Assembly (NCBI GenBank): GCA_938045955.1 | Contig: CALIBK010000006.1 | Coordinates: 312-64,311 of the forward strand | From: an uncultured bacterium | GTDB taxonomy: Bacteria > Desulfobacterota > BSN033 > UBA1163 | DNA: 64,000 bases | Direction of reading: 5' to 3' | Part shown: positions 8,462 to 18,098 of the stretch, one piece after another | Layout: the number at the start of each line of letters is the position of its first letter | Numbering within the stretch: position 1 is the first letter of the stretch | Notes under the pieces: generated by a model | What the model was told of the DNA's origin: nothing | What the model saw: the letters and a program-made list of their open reading frames with translations, nothing else | The model's database searches: none | Program-made: the position numbers and the translations under genes

Positions 8462-11005
8462 ATGAGGGATCAGGAAGAGATTGAAAGACTCCGCCAGAGA
8501 ATCTCAGAACTTGAGCGACGGGAGGAGGAACAGAAAGAACGGGAGACCCTTTTCCAGGAGCTCTTTAATGCCACCGAAGAAGCCATCCTTCTGATCGACC
8601 TTAAAGGAAAGATCCTGATGGCGAATCAAAATGCAGCTCGTCTCTATGGTCTTCCTCTGCGAACACTTATCCATACCTCTATTTATAGCTTGATTCCCAG
8701 CGATCGAGTCGAAAGTGCCCGAAAGAAAGTACAAAAAGTAGTAGAGACGTTAAGACCTTTTCGCTTCGAAGGAAGGCAGGGGGAAAGGGTTTTTGAGAAC
8801 AGTCTTTATCCAGTCTTTAACGAAGTGTCTGGAGTTAAAGGGATTGCCATTTATGTTCGAGATATTACTGAAAAGAAACGGCTCGCTACCATCCTGGAAC
8901 AAACCGAAAAAAAATACAGAAATATCTTTGAGCATGCGATGGAAGGCATCTTTCAGGTCGATCCTGAAGGCCGTCTTTTGAGCGCCAATCCTGCGCTGGC
9001 TCAAATCCATGGATATGAATCTCCTGAATCCCTAATTGCCTCGGTGTCCAACGTCTCTATGCTCTATCTCGATCCCAACGAACATCAGCGACTCGTTCGT
9101 CTTCTCTTTGAACAAGGGGCAGTCCAAAATTATGAAGTTAAAATGCGCCGGAAAGATGGATCCCCTCAATGGATCTCCATCAATGTTCGATTGGTTCGAG
9201 ACGATCACGGAAATCCTGCTTACTATGAGGGGACAATGATTGATATTACCCATCGAAAAATGGCAGAAGAGGCTCTCTCAGAAAGCGAAGAACGATATCG
9301 GACCGCCATTGAGCACTCCAACGATGCTGTGGCCATCATTCAGGGAGATCGAATTCAATATGTGAACCGGAGATTCATAGAGATTTTCGGCTACTCCCAT
9401 CCCGATGAACTGGTGGGGCAATCGGTTCTCGTCGTGGTTCATCCAGAGGATCAGGAGAAGGTCCGCTCTGTCAATCAGCGAAGACAGAGGGGAGAATCGG
9501 TCCCCTCTCGATATGAATTCAAAGGAATCACCCGGGACGGAAGGGTCATTTATATTGAAGTCTCTGCTACCAGTATTCAATACCGAGAGGCTCAAGTCTA
9601 TCTCGTTTATCTCAGGGACATCACAGAACGAAAGATGGCCGAGGAATTGATGAAGATGGAACGAGACCGATTTCGAACCCTTTCCGAGAATGCTCCCTTC
9701 GGGATTATCCTGATTAACCGAGAAGGAAAATTTGAGTACGTGAATCCAAAATTTAAAGAGCTCTTTGGCTATGAGCTCCATGAAGTTCCAAATAACCGGG
9801 AATGGTTCAAAAAAGCCTTTCCCGATCAGAAGGTACGGAGAGAGGTCATCTCCGCCTGGGTCTCTTATCTCGAAAGCACCAGGCCAGGAGAAAAGGTTCC
9901 TAAAACCCTCTCCACGACCTGTAAAGATGGATCGGAAAAGGTCATCCACTTCATTCCAGTTCGACTGGCCACAGGGGAATATATTGTCACTCTCGAAGAT
10001 GTCACAGAAAGGATCAGGGCTCACGAAGCATTAATTCGCTCCCATCAGGAGCTCGAGAGGCTTAACCGGGCTAAAAGCAAAGCCGTGAACCTCATCTCCC
10101 ATGAATTGAGAACTCCTCTGTCAGTCATCCAGGGAAATATTCGTCTTTTGAAAAAGAAATTGAAGAGCTCCATGGATGGATCCCTTCAAAAGATGATTGA
10201 TACTCTCGAGAGAAATCTGGAGAGACTCTCTAATATCTCGAAGGAGACCGACGAGATATTCCGCGTCTCTCAAGAGCTGGAGGCGGGGATATTACTGGAC
10301 AATCTGGATCGGCTCTGGGAACGAATCTCAAATCTCTCGGAAATGCCCCGGCGTGTCCGACTCCATTTTAACGAATTGAAGGCATGGCTCAATCAGTACC
10401 TCTCAGGCAGGGTTGAGGAATTTCAATCCATCAACCTCTTCCCTTTTGTCCTGGATGTTCTTGAAAGAGTTAAATCCCTATCCCGGCATCGAAAAATCTA
10501 TTTTCAAGCCACAGGGAAAAACGATCTTTTCGTTTTTCTCGACCCTCTCATCTTACAAAATGTGGTGGAAGGACTTCTCAAGAATGCCGTGGAAAACACC
10601 CCCGATGGGGGAACGGTTCGCATAAAAGTCGAACAGATGCAAGATAAGATATTGCTTCATGTTTCGGATGATGGGGTTGGAATTACAGAAGAAAATCAAC
10701 CCTATATCTTCGATGGACTCTTCCCTACCAAAGAAACTGAACTCTATGCATCGAAAAAGCCTTATGATTTTGGAGCCGGGGGGAAAGGGTTAGACCTTTT
10801 TCGGATGAAGAGGTATGCGGAGCGTTTTGGATTTGACCTTTCCATGACGAGCAAGCGGTGTGTCCATATCCCGACGGAGAAAGACCAGTGCCCCGGGGAT
10901 ATCTCTCAATGTCCTCATGTAAAGGATGCAAGGGAATGTGCAGAAGCCGGGGGGACAACCTTTACAGTCGCTTTCCCGTCAAAGAATCCTCCCGCAAAAA
11001 ATTAA
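8462..11005 (+). CDS. Multi-PAS sensor histidine kinase with an N-terminal coiled coil, about 4 PAS/PAC modules, HisKA (ISHELRTPLSVIQG) and HATPase_c. Cys-rich C-terminal tail.
   Basis: Repeated PAS signatures (ITERK/ITHRK/ITERK junctions), H-box, N/G boxes. Likely ATG at 8462 preceded by GGAGA; the ORF track gives a TTG at 8450. TATAAT at 8426-8431. Confidence 0.85.
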   Translation: MRDQEEIERLRQRISELERREEEQKERETLFQELFNATEEAILLIDLKGKILMANQNAARLYGLPLRTLIHTSIYSLIPSDRVESARKKVQKVVETLRPFRFEGRQGERVFENSLYPVFNEVSGVKGIAIYVRDITEKKRLATILEQTEKKYRNIFEHAMEGIFQVDPEGRLLSANPALAQIHGYESPESLIASVSNVSMLYLDPNEHQRLVRLLFEQGAVQNYEVKMRRKDGSPQWISINVRLVRDDHGNPAYYEGTMIDITHRKMAEEALSESEERYRTAIEHSNDAVAIIQGDRIQYVNRRFIEIFGYSHPDELVGQSVLVVVHPEDQEKVRSVNQRRQRGESVPSRYEFKGITRDGRVIYIEVSATSIQYREAQVYLVYLRDITERKMAEELMKMERDRFRTLSENAPFGIILINREGKFEYVNPKFKELFGYELHEVPNNREWFKKAFPDQKVRREVISAWVSYLESTRPGEKVPKTLSTTCKDGSEKVIHFIPVRLATGEYIVTLEDVTERIRAHEALIRSHQELERLNRAKSKAVNLISHELRTPLSVIQGNIRLLKKKLKSSMDGSLQKMIDTLERNLERLSNISKETDEIFRVSQELEAGILLDNLDRLWERISNLSEMPRRVRLHFNELKAWLNQYLSGRVEEFQSINLFPFVLDVLERVKSLSRHRKIYFQATGKNDLFVFLDPLILQNVVEGLLKNAVENTPDGGTVRIKVEQMQDKILLHVSDDGVGITEENQPYIFDGLFPTKETELYASKKPYDFGAGGKGLDLFRMKRYAERFGFDLSMTSKRCVHIPTEKDQCPGDISQCPHVKDARECAEAGGTTFTVAFPSKNPPAKN

Positions 11006-11014
11006 TTTTTCCCA

Positions 11015-12316
11015 ATGAAAGGGGAACCAAAAATCACCGTAGGAATAACGGAGACGGATGAAATAAAAGGAATCCTGGAAGGAGAATTCTACGTCGAATC
11101 CCTGGGTCCTTTAACGGGTCCCTTCAGTGCCAGGATTGAAGAGGGAAAGATTCATATTTTTGATCATTCCCATAAGAGACTGGATTTTCCTCAAAGCATC
11201 CGGCTTGAGTCTCCTCGGGAGGCTATCTTTACCCTGATTTCCGTTCCCGTCGGGAAAGGCTTCCATTGGGAAAGAAGGGTCTCCTCAAGATTTCAGGGAA
11301 ATTTGATTCTCATGAGGACCTCCGGGAACAGGATGACCCTCATCAACGAGATCCCCCTCGAAGACTATCTTACCAGTGTGGTCGCTTCCGAGATGAACTC
11401 CTCTTTACCCTTAGAGTTTCTAAAGGCCCATGCAATGATGGCTCGAAGTTGGATCCTCTCCCTCATCGAGCGAAAGGATAGGGATCAAAAAATCCTGAGT
11501 AATAAACCTCCAATGAATGGAGAAGTCATACGCTGGTATTCCCATGAAAGTCATGAGCTTTTTGATGTCTGTGCGGAGGATCACTGTCAGCGATACCGGG
11601 GACTTCCAAAGGGAAAGTTTCATAGAATCAGGGAGGCGATTGAGGAGACTCGGGGGCAAGTCCTCTTGTATCAGGGAGAGATTTGTGATGCCCGGTATTC
11701 GAAGGCCTGTGGGGGAATTACAGAGAATTTTGAGACGGCCTGGGAGGAGCGATCGGTTCCCTATCTTCGATCCATTTCAGATGCTCCTTTCTCCTTTCCT
11801 CCCCTCCGAACAGAGGAAGAGGCTGAGCGATGGATCCTTTCGAAACCAGAAGCCTATTGCCATATCAAAGACCATAGCCTCGTTGAAAGAATTCTTCCTG
11901 AACTTGATCGTCAAACCAAAGATTTTTTTCGCTGGAAGGTGGAATATGACCAGGAAGAACTGGAGGAGATTCTTAGGGAGAAATCAGGATATGACTTCGG
12001 GAGACTCAAGGAAATCAATCCCCTTGAGCGGGGACCTTCGGGCAGGATTAAACGATTAAGGATTATGGGCTCTAAATTAAACCTGGTCGTTGGAAAAGAG
12101 CTTGAAATCAGGCGATGGCTTTCGAGAAGTCATCTTTTAAGCAGTGCCTTTACGATTAAAAGAGAAGGACCGAGATGGATTTTTTATGGGGCAGGCTGGG
12201 GTCATGGGGTGGGATTCTGTCAGATTGGTGCAGCCGCAATGTCTCTCAGAGGATTCTCAGCCGAAATGATTCTGAGGCACTATTTTCAGGGTGTGGAAAT
12301 AAAAAAAGTCTACTGA
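11015..12316 (+). CDS. SpoIID/LytB-domain protein (lytic-transglycosylase / amidase enhancer family)
   Basis: 433 aa with the SpoIID signature around YQGEICDARYSKACGGITENFETAWEE. Confidence 0.75.
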   Translation: MKGEPKITVGITETDEIKGILEGEFYVESLGPLTGPFSARIEEGKIHIFDHSHKRLDFPQSIRLESPREAIFTLISVPVGKGFHWERRVSSRFQGNLILMRTSGNRMTLINEIPLEDYLTSVVASEMNSSLPLEFLKAHAMMARSWILSLIERKDRDQKILSNKPPMNGEVIRWYSHESHELFDVCAEDHCQRYRGLPKGKFHRIREAIEETRGQVLLYQGEICDARYSKACGGITENFETAWEERSVPYLRSISDAPFSFPPLRTEEEAERWILSKPEAYCHIKDHSLVERILPELDRQTKDFFRWKVEYDQEELEEILREKSGYDFGRLKEINPLERGPSGRIKRLRIMGSKLNLVVGKELEIRRWLSRSHLLSSAFTIKREGPRWIFYGAGWGHGVGFCQIGAAAMSLRGFSAEMILRHYFQGVEIKKVY

Positions 12317-12317
12317 G

Positions 12318-12405
12318 AATAATCCCTCCGTGAAGGAGAAGATGATTTTAAAGCCGGAAAGGGGTATTTCCGAATCCCTTAGAATGCGGATTGATTTAAT
12401 ACTAA
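12318..12405 (-). repeat. Interspersed repeat family C, copy 1 (reverse orientation)
   Basis: About 80% identical over about 80 bp to 48597-48690 and 57709-57805. Shared core ATCCGCGTTCTAAGGGTTTCGGAAATACCCCTTTAGGCC. Confidence 0.7.
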
Positions 12406-12426
12406 TATAAACGCATTAAATCGGAT

Positions 12427-12550
12427 GAAATGAATGCTTATTCTTGTCATTCCCGCGCAGGCGGGAATCCAGTTTTTTCAAAATGTTTCTGGATTCCTGA
12501 TAACGCAGGAATGACGGTGACTGTAACTTTTTTAATTTCCCTTGTATTAA
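12427..12550 (+). repeat. Interspersed repeat family A, copy 1: MITE/REP-like element made of two mutually inverted hairpins (GTCATTCCCGCGCAGGCGGGAATCCAG ... CTGGATTCCTGATAACGCAGGAATGAC).
   Basis: About 88% identical over about 122 bp to 58039-58160. Translates into the well-known spurious SFPRxRESS / VIPAxxGIQ / FRRNDG peptides (ORF 12447-12659 minus contains VIPALSGIQ). Confidence 0.8.
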
Positions 12551-12727
12551 GGAGGGAAAACGGAACCATCTCACGTGGAAAAAAGGGTTCTGAGTAACAC
12601 GATTCAGGGTTAAGAATGTCTGGAACCATTTTAGGTTGTCTTTCTATGTGTTTCTCCAATACTCCTCTTGGGCTTATTTCATACCTACGAGTGAGGAGTA
12701 ACCACTGAGAAAATAAACCCTGGCGTC

Positions 12728-14014
12728 ATGGATCGATTAAAACGGAAAGCTCCCTCAAGAAACCCCTGGACCTGGGTTCCTTCCCTCTATCTGGCAGAAG
12801 GGATCCCTTACACGATGGCCATGATGGTCTCGGTGGTCCTTTATAAACGACTCGGTCTCTCCAATACCGAGATTGCTCTCTATACAAGCTGGCTCTATCT
12901 CCCCTGGGTCATCAAACCCCTCTGGAGCCCGATCGTGGATCTTCTGGTGAGGAAACGATTCTGGATTCTTTTGACGGAACTTCTTATCAGCCTCTCCTTT
13001 GCCTCCATTGCCTTTACCATTCCTACATCGAGATTTCTTCAATATACTTTAGCTTTTTTCTGGCTGATGGCCTTTAGCTCTGCGACCCATGATATTGCCG
13101 CCGACGGTTTTTATCTCCTGGGACTCTCTCAGGAACTTCAAGCCGCCTTCGTCGGGGTTCGAACTATCTTTTACCGGATCGCCACGATAACGACCAAAGG
13201 GGGTTTAATCCTCCTTGCAGGTTTTCTCGAACAAAGAGGACATTCCATTCCACAGGCCTGGTCGATGACCCTGTGGATCACAGCGATTCTTTTTGCTGCT
13301 CTTCTCCTCTATCATCTTTTTATACTTCCCTTTCCAAAGGAGGATAGATCTGCGAGACGAAATCCTCGCCAACCTTTCCTTTATGAATTTTCCCAAATCT
13401 TCTCTCTCTTCTTTCAGAAGAAAAACATTCTCTCTATCCTTGCCTTCTTTCTCTTTTTTCGTTTTGCTGAAACCCAAATTTTAAAAATCCTACCCCCTTT
13501 CCTTCTCGACCCGGCCTCGAAAGGAGGACTTGGACTCAGCACCACAGAAGTTGGAATCGCTTATGGCACCGTGGGGATGATCTCTTTAATGCTTGGGGGA
13601 CTGCTTGGAGGATACGCCATCTATCGAAAGGGTCTTAAATTCTGGATATGGATCATGGCCTGTGCGATGCATCTCCCAGATGTGGTCTATGTCTTCCTGT
13701 CTCAGATGCTACCCGGAAATTTCTATTTGATCAACTTCTGTGTCGCTCTGGAGCAGTTTGGTTATGGATTCGGGTTTACGGCTTACACGATGTTTATGAT
13801 TATGGTTTCCGAGGGTCCCTACCGGACCGTTCATTACGCTATCTCTACAGGGATTATGGCCTTAGGGATGATGCTCCCGGCCATGGTGAGTGGTTGGCTT
13901 CAGGAGCAGTTAGGGTATCAACACTATTTCCTTTGGGTCCTCATCGCCACGATTCCCGGCTTTATCGTGACAGGGTTGGTCAAGATTGATCCAGAATTTG
14001 GGAAGAAGAAATGA
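12728..14014 (+). CDS. ampG: AmpG-family MFS permease (muropeptide / anhydromuropeptide importer)
   Basis: 428 aa, 12-14 TM. N-terminal AmpG-like motif [11 protein letters not shown]...[20 protein letters not shown]. 4-bp overlap with murU. Confidence 0.7.
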   Translation: MDRLKRKAPSRNPWTWVPSLYLAEGIPYTMAMMVSVVLYKRLGLSNTEIALYTSWLYLPWVIKPLWSPIVDLLVRKRFWILLTELLISLSFASIAFTIPTSRFLQYTLAFFWLMAFSSATHDIAADGFYLLGLSQELQAAFVGVRTIFYRIATITTKGGLILLAGFLEQRGHSIPQAWSMTLWITAILFAALLLYHLFILPFPKEDRSARRNPRQPFLYEFSQIFSLFFQKKNILSILAFFLFFRFAETQILKILPPFLLDPASKGGLGLSTTEVGIAYGTVGMISLMLGGLLGGYAIYRKGLKFWIWIMACAMHLPDVVYVFLSQMLPGNFYLINFCVALEQFGYGFGFTAYTMFMIMVSEGPYRTVHYAISTGIMALGMMLPAMVSGWLQEQLGYQHYFLWVLIATIPGFIVTGLVKIDPEFGKKK

Positions 14015-14736
14015 GAAGGCGATTCAAGACAGCCTTTATTCTCGGTGCAGGCCTTGGAACGAGGCTTCTTCCTTTAACTGAAAAATGTCCAAAACCCCTC
14101 CTCGAAGTGGGTGGACGACCCCTCATCACCTATGCGATGGATCATCTCATCGAAATAGGGGTGGATCGATTGATTGTGAACACCCATCCTCATCCTGAAC
14201 TCTATTTTAAAAAATTTCCAGACCAAAGATGGCGGGGAGTTCGGATCTTTTTCCGCCATGAACCCGTGCTCCTGGATACAGGAGGAGGGCTTAAGAATAT
14301 TGAAGATCTTCTTTCCGAGGACGAAGCCATTTTCTGTTACAATGGAGACGTCATCAGTAATCTCCCTCTCGAAAGGCTTCGAGAGGAACATGAAAGGCAT
14401 CGGCCGGAAGTAACCCTTGCCCTCCGAAGCCATGGTCCCCTTCTTAACGTAAACCTCAATGAGTCGGGTGAGGTGTGTGATCTTCGACATCAGCTTGGCA
14501 TTAAAGGAGTCCAGAGTCTTCAATTTACAGGAATCTATGCCATAGAGACCTCTTTTCTTAATTATTTAAAAAAGGGTGAATTGACATCGATTGTCACCGC
14601 TTTCCTGAAAAGAATCGTTGATCAACCGGGCTCCATCCGGGGGATCATTATTGATGAAGGAGAATGGGAAGATATTGGTTCTATAAACGCCTACCAAAAA
14701 ATGAAAAAGAGTCTGAAGGAGAAGGGAGTCTATTGA
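14011..14736 (+). CDS. murU: Sugar-1-phosphate nucleotidyltransferase, MurU-like (N-acetylmuramate alpha-1-phosphate uridylyltransferase)
   Basis: 241 aa. [14 protein letters not shown]...KPLL nucleotidyltransferase signature. Sandwiched between ampG and the APH-fold kinase, as in the amgK-murU recycling pair. Confidence 0.7.
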   Translation: MRRRFKTAFILGAGLGTRLLPLTEKCPKPLLEVGGRPLITYAMDHLIEIGVDRLIVNTHPHPELYFKKFPDQRWRGVRIFFRHEPVLLDTGGGLKNIEDLLSEDEAIFCYNGDVISNLPLERLREEHERHRPEVTLALRSHGPLLNVNLNESGEVCDLRHQLGIKGVQSLQFTGIYAIETSFLNYLKKGELTSIVTAFLKRIVDQPGSIRGIIIDEGEWEDIGSINAYQKMKKSLKEKGVY

Positions 14737-14739
14737 AAA

Positions 14740-15786
14740 ATGGCTCCATTTAAATCGCCTGGTTTTGAAGATGAAGGGTTCCTCCCTTTTATTCGGAAAG
14801 CCATTGGACTCTCGGAGTCTATCTCCATTGATCTTTACCCTCTGGAAGGAAGGGGATCAGAGCGGTCCTTTTATCGATTAAAATGGGATCAAAAAGACTC
14901 AGCCATCCTTATTCATTTCGATCCCGATCGAAAAGAGAACACATTATATGCAGGGATTGCCTCCTTTCTTTTCAGAAGGAATATCCCTGTCCCGAAGGTC
15001 ATCTCCCATGATCCCCGTGCTTGCTTTATCATTATCGAAGACCTGGGAGATGTAAGTCTATGGTCCCTCAGAAAAAGGCCCTGGGAGTATCTTCGGACAC
15101 TCTATCGGAAAACCCTTCAGGTCGCCCATCGAATCCACGCCATTTCAGAAGAGGAATTTCCTGATGGAGAAGTTGAACTGATGGAAGGGTTTGGTCCCCA
15201 CCTCTACCAGTGGGAACAGGAATACTTCAAGGAGTATTTCATCAGGAAGGTATGTCGAATCGATCTTCCATTTCCATTTCAGGAAAAACTTGAGGGAGAA
15301 CTTTTCGACCTCCGGGACCGACTTTCAAAAGGGAAAAGGACCCTCATCCATCGAGATTTACAATCGCAAAATGTGATGGTTCGTGAGAACCAAGTCTTTT
15401 TAATCGATTTTCAGGGAATGCGGTTTGGGAATCCTTTTTATGATCTCGGATCCCTTCTCTGTGACCCTTATATGGATTTTTTAGAAGAACAGAGGGAAGA
15501 TCTTCTTGCCTATTATTACGAGCTGAGCCCGAGAGGTCTTGATTGGGAGACTTTTAAGAATTGCTTCTGGGAAGCCTCGGCTCAGCGTCTCATGCAAGCC
15601 CTCGGGGCTTTTGGGTTCTTAGGGGTAAAGAAAGGACTGAGATCTTATCTCGATCATATTCCTCAAGGATTAAAGAATCTCTGGCTCGCCACCTCCAAAG
15701 TCCCCACCCTTTCTACCCTTCAAGAACTCTCAACGACTCTACTCTCGGCCCTTGAATTAATTCATAACTCCAATGAAAAAATTTAA
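14740..15786 (+). CDS. amgK: APH-fold sugar kinase, AmgK-like (anomeric MurNAc/GlcNAc kinase)
   Basis: 348 aa. Catalytic loop LIHRDLQSQNVMV and IDFQG (DFG-like). Starts 3 bp after the murU stop. Confidence 0.7.
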   Translation: MAPFKSPGFEDEGFLPFIRKAIGLSESISIDLYPLEGRGSERSFYRLKWDQKDSAILIHFDPDRKENTLYAGIASFLFRRNIPVPKVISHDPRACFIIIEDLGDVSLWSLRKRPWEYLRTLYRKTLQVAHRIHAISEEEFPDGEVELMEGFGPHLYQWEQEYFKEYFIRKVCRIDLPFPFQEKLEGELFDLRDRLSKGKRTLIHRDLQSQNVMVRENQVFLIDFQGMRFGNPFYDLGSLLCDPYMDFLEEQREDLLAYYYELSPRGLDWETFKNCFWEASAQRLMQALGAFGFLGVKKGLRSYLDHIPQGLKNLWLATSKVPTLSTLQELSTTLLSALELIHNSNEKI

Positions 15787-15807
15787 AGATCAGGTATAAT
15801 TATCCTG

Positions 15808-17283
15808 ATGAAACCTCTTACGGCCATTATTCCATACGATCCAGATCCTTTATGGAATAAGACCCTCGATGCTCTCTCAGACTCTCCTCTGGCGGAGTTC
15901 ATCCTGATCTATCATTCGAAACCTTCTTCCATCCAAAACCCGAAAGTAAAGCTTCTTTTCACCCAAAACATCGGTTCAGGAGAAACTTTCCTTAAGATTC
16001 TAAATTCGATCCAAACCGACTATATCCTCTTTATCTCTGAACCCAGAATTCTTTCCTTTGAGCCCGGGGCCCTGGAGAGATTTATAGAGAAGGCTCGAGA
16101 AAACCGATCCGGGATCGTCTATTCAGATTTTTTTGAAAAAAAAGGAGAGAGAAAAATTTACCACCCCCTGAATGATTATCAGTTCGGCAGTGTGAGAGAC
16201 GATTTTGACTTTGGACCGATCCTCCTCCTTTTCACCCGGGCCATTAAAAAGGTATTAAAAAGATATGGCCTACTTTTAGAAACAGAGTACGGGACCCTTT
16301 ATGATCTGAGGCTCAAAATCTCAATGGATCATCCGATTGATCACTTAAAAGAGCCTCTCTATACGATCTCCCCAAAGGAAGCCATCTCCCGGGAGGAAAA
16401 ACTTTTTTCTTACCTCAACCCCAGGAATCGAAGGATACAGAAGGAACTGGAGAATATCTTCACGGATTACCTCAAAAAGATTGGAGCCTATATTCCTCCA
16501 GACGTTCTGAAGCAGGTCGGGCCGGATACCCTCTCCTATCCGGTGGAAGCCTCTGTGATCATCCCTGTTCGCAATCGAAAGGAAACCATAGGTGAGGCCG
16601 TGGAGAGTGCTTTCTCTCAAAAGACGGATTTCCCTTTCAATATCTTAGTGGTGGATAATCATTCAACGGATGGAACCACAACAGTCCTTTCCAATCTGAG
16701 CAAAAGGAATTCCCGGCTCCTTCATCTCATTCCAAAGAGAACAGATCTCGGGATCGGGGGTTGCTGGAATGAGGCCCTTTATCACCCTGCCTGTGGTCGT
16801 TATGCCATTCAACTGGATTCCGACGACCTTTATTCTGCCCCTTATACTCTTCAAACCATCGTTGATAAATTCAGAAGTGGAAAATTTGCAATGGTCATCG
16901 GTTCATATACTCTGGTGGATTCAAGGCTTAGAGAGATCCCGCCGGGCTTGGTCGATCACCGCGAATGGACAGATGAGAATGGTCATAATAATGCCTTAAG
17001 GGTCAATGGATTTGGAGCTCCAAGGGGCTTTGACACCTCCATTCTCCGAAGGATTGGCTTTCCTAATCTGAGCTATGGGGAGGATTATGCGGTAGGCCTG
17101 AGGATCTGCCGGGAATTCCGAATCGGTCGAATCTATGAAAATCTCTATCTCTGTCGAAGATGGTCAGGAAACAGTGATGCTAATCTTTCCGTAGAAGAGT
17201 TCAATGAGAAGGATGCTCTTAAGGATAAGATTCGAACCGATGAGATCACTGCTCGTCAGAAATTAAACCAATCTAAAGATTAA
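15808..17283 (+). CDS. Family-2 glycosyltransferase (degenerate N-terminal GT-A-like half plus canonical C-terminal GT2 domain)
   Basis: VIIPVRNRKETIGEAVESAFSQ ... ILVVDNHSTDGT and DSDD motifs. Confidence 0.7.
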   Translation: MKPLTAIIPYDPDPLWNKTLDALSDSPLAEFILIYHSKPSSIQNPKVKLLFTQNIGSGETFLKILNSIQTDYILFISEPRILSFEPGALERFIEKARENRSGIVYSDFFEKKGERKIYHPLNDYQFGSVRDDFDFGPILLLFTRAIKKVLKRYGLLLETEYGTLYDLRLKISMDHPIDHLKEPLYTISPKEAISREEKLFSYLNPRNRRIQKELENIFTDYLKKIGAYIPPDVLKQVGPDTLSYPVEASVIIPVRNRKETIGEAVESAFSQKTDFPFNILVVDNHSTDGTTTVLSNLSKRNSRLLHLIPKRTDLGIGGCWNEALYHPACGRYAIQLDSDDLYSAPYTLQTIVDKFRSGKFAMVIGSYTLVDSRLREIPPGLVDHREWTDENGHNNALRVNGFGAPRGFDTSILRRIGFPNLSYGEDYAVGLRICREFRIGRIYENLYLCRRWSGNSDANLSVEEFNEKDALKDKIRTDEITARQKLNQSKD

Positions 17284-17292
17284 GGGATTAAA

Positions 17293-18081
17293 TCAGAGTT
17301 CATTCATGTTTACCCGGGCGACTCTTATCCCGAGACTATCCTGATTCTCCATTAAGTACCGATAAAGGGTCTCTTTGGATAAAGTCACCTCTCCCTCTCT
17401 CTCTGAGGCATGGAGAAGGTGAATTCGGGTCCTTCTCCTTGAGGCAAAACCCACATGCCGGATATCGAGTCCTTCCTTCCGGGTCACCATCGCAATGATA
17501 TCCCCCTCCTGGATCTGAGATTCAATTTCGGGAAGATTCTCTTTGGGGATGAAAAAAAAAGGTTTTCTGCTGAGCTTCTTCTCGATCACCTTCATTTTAT
17601 AAAAATTCCCCCGATGTCTGAGGGGAGGATAGAGGGAGAGATGATCCGTCATAAAATGGAGGGATTTTTTGAAAGGTTTTCCTCCTAACTCCTCACTTAC
17701 CTCTCTTAAAATACCTTTCCTCTCATTGTCTTCCATCCATTCTGAAAAATAGTGGAGCCTTGAGGGATACCCCTGAATCCTTCCTCCCCTGTACCTTATC
17801 CTCTTAAGAATTTTCTTAAAGGTTTCAAAGGACCTCTGATTAGAGGACAAGGTGTAGAGAAGGGCTAAAGTGTTTTCAACGAAGGTCACACAGTCTTGCT
17901 CCTTTAGATTTACAACCAAATACTCTTTCCCTTTTTCTTCAATTGGCGATTTTCGATAAGGAAAATGGATGAAGAACTTTCCCAAAAGAATTATCCTTTT
18001 CCGAGGAGGGAGATCGAAGAGCTTATTTTTTTCAAAATGACCCAAAATTTCTTTAAAAAGGTCTCGATCTGACTTTTCCAT
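17293..18081 (-). CDS. Hypothetical protein, DUF1460-like (possibly cell-wall related)
   Basis: 262-aa soluble protein. Weak resemblance by size and composition only; convergent to the recycling operon. Confidence 0.25.
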   Translation of the reverse strand: MEKSDRDLFKEILGHFEKNKLFDLPPRKRIILLGKFFIHFPYRKSPIEEKGKEYLVVNLKEQDCVTFVENTLALLYTLSSNQRSFETFKKILKRIRYRGGRIQGYPSRLHYFSEWMEDNERKGILREVSEELGGKPFKKSLHFMTDHLSLYPPLRHRGNFYKMKVIEKKLSRKPFFFIPKENLPEIESQIQEGDIIAMVTRKEGLDIRHVGFASRRRTRIHLLHASEREGEVTLSKETLYRYLMENQDSLGIRVARVNMNEL

Positions 18082-18098
18082 TCAAAAATCCTCAGGGT

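Noticed and set aside
9278-10024. 248-aa minus-strand ORF antisense to the histidine kinase; also ORFs 4731-5183(-), 11517-12059(+), 14074-14523(-), 54937-55419(-), 49640-50353(-)
   Set aside because: All lie entirely within, and out of frame with or antisense to, well-supported genes. They have low-complexity composition and no start signals, so they are shadow ORFs.
12447-12659. 70-aa minus-strand ORF containing VIPALSGIQ
   Set aside because: It is the conceptual translation of repeat family A. The same peptide recurs wherever this palindromic element occurs, so it is a spurious ORF.
13150-13170. tRNA-like T-arm sequence GGGGTTCGAACT
   Set aside because: It lies inside the ampG coding frame with no acceptor or anticodon stems. 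No tRNA genes were recognised in the window.
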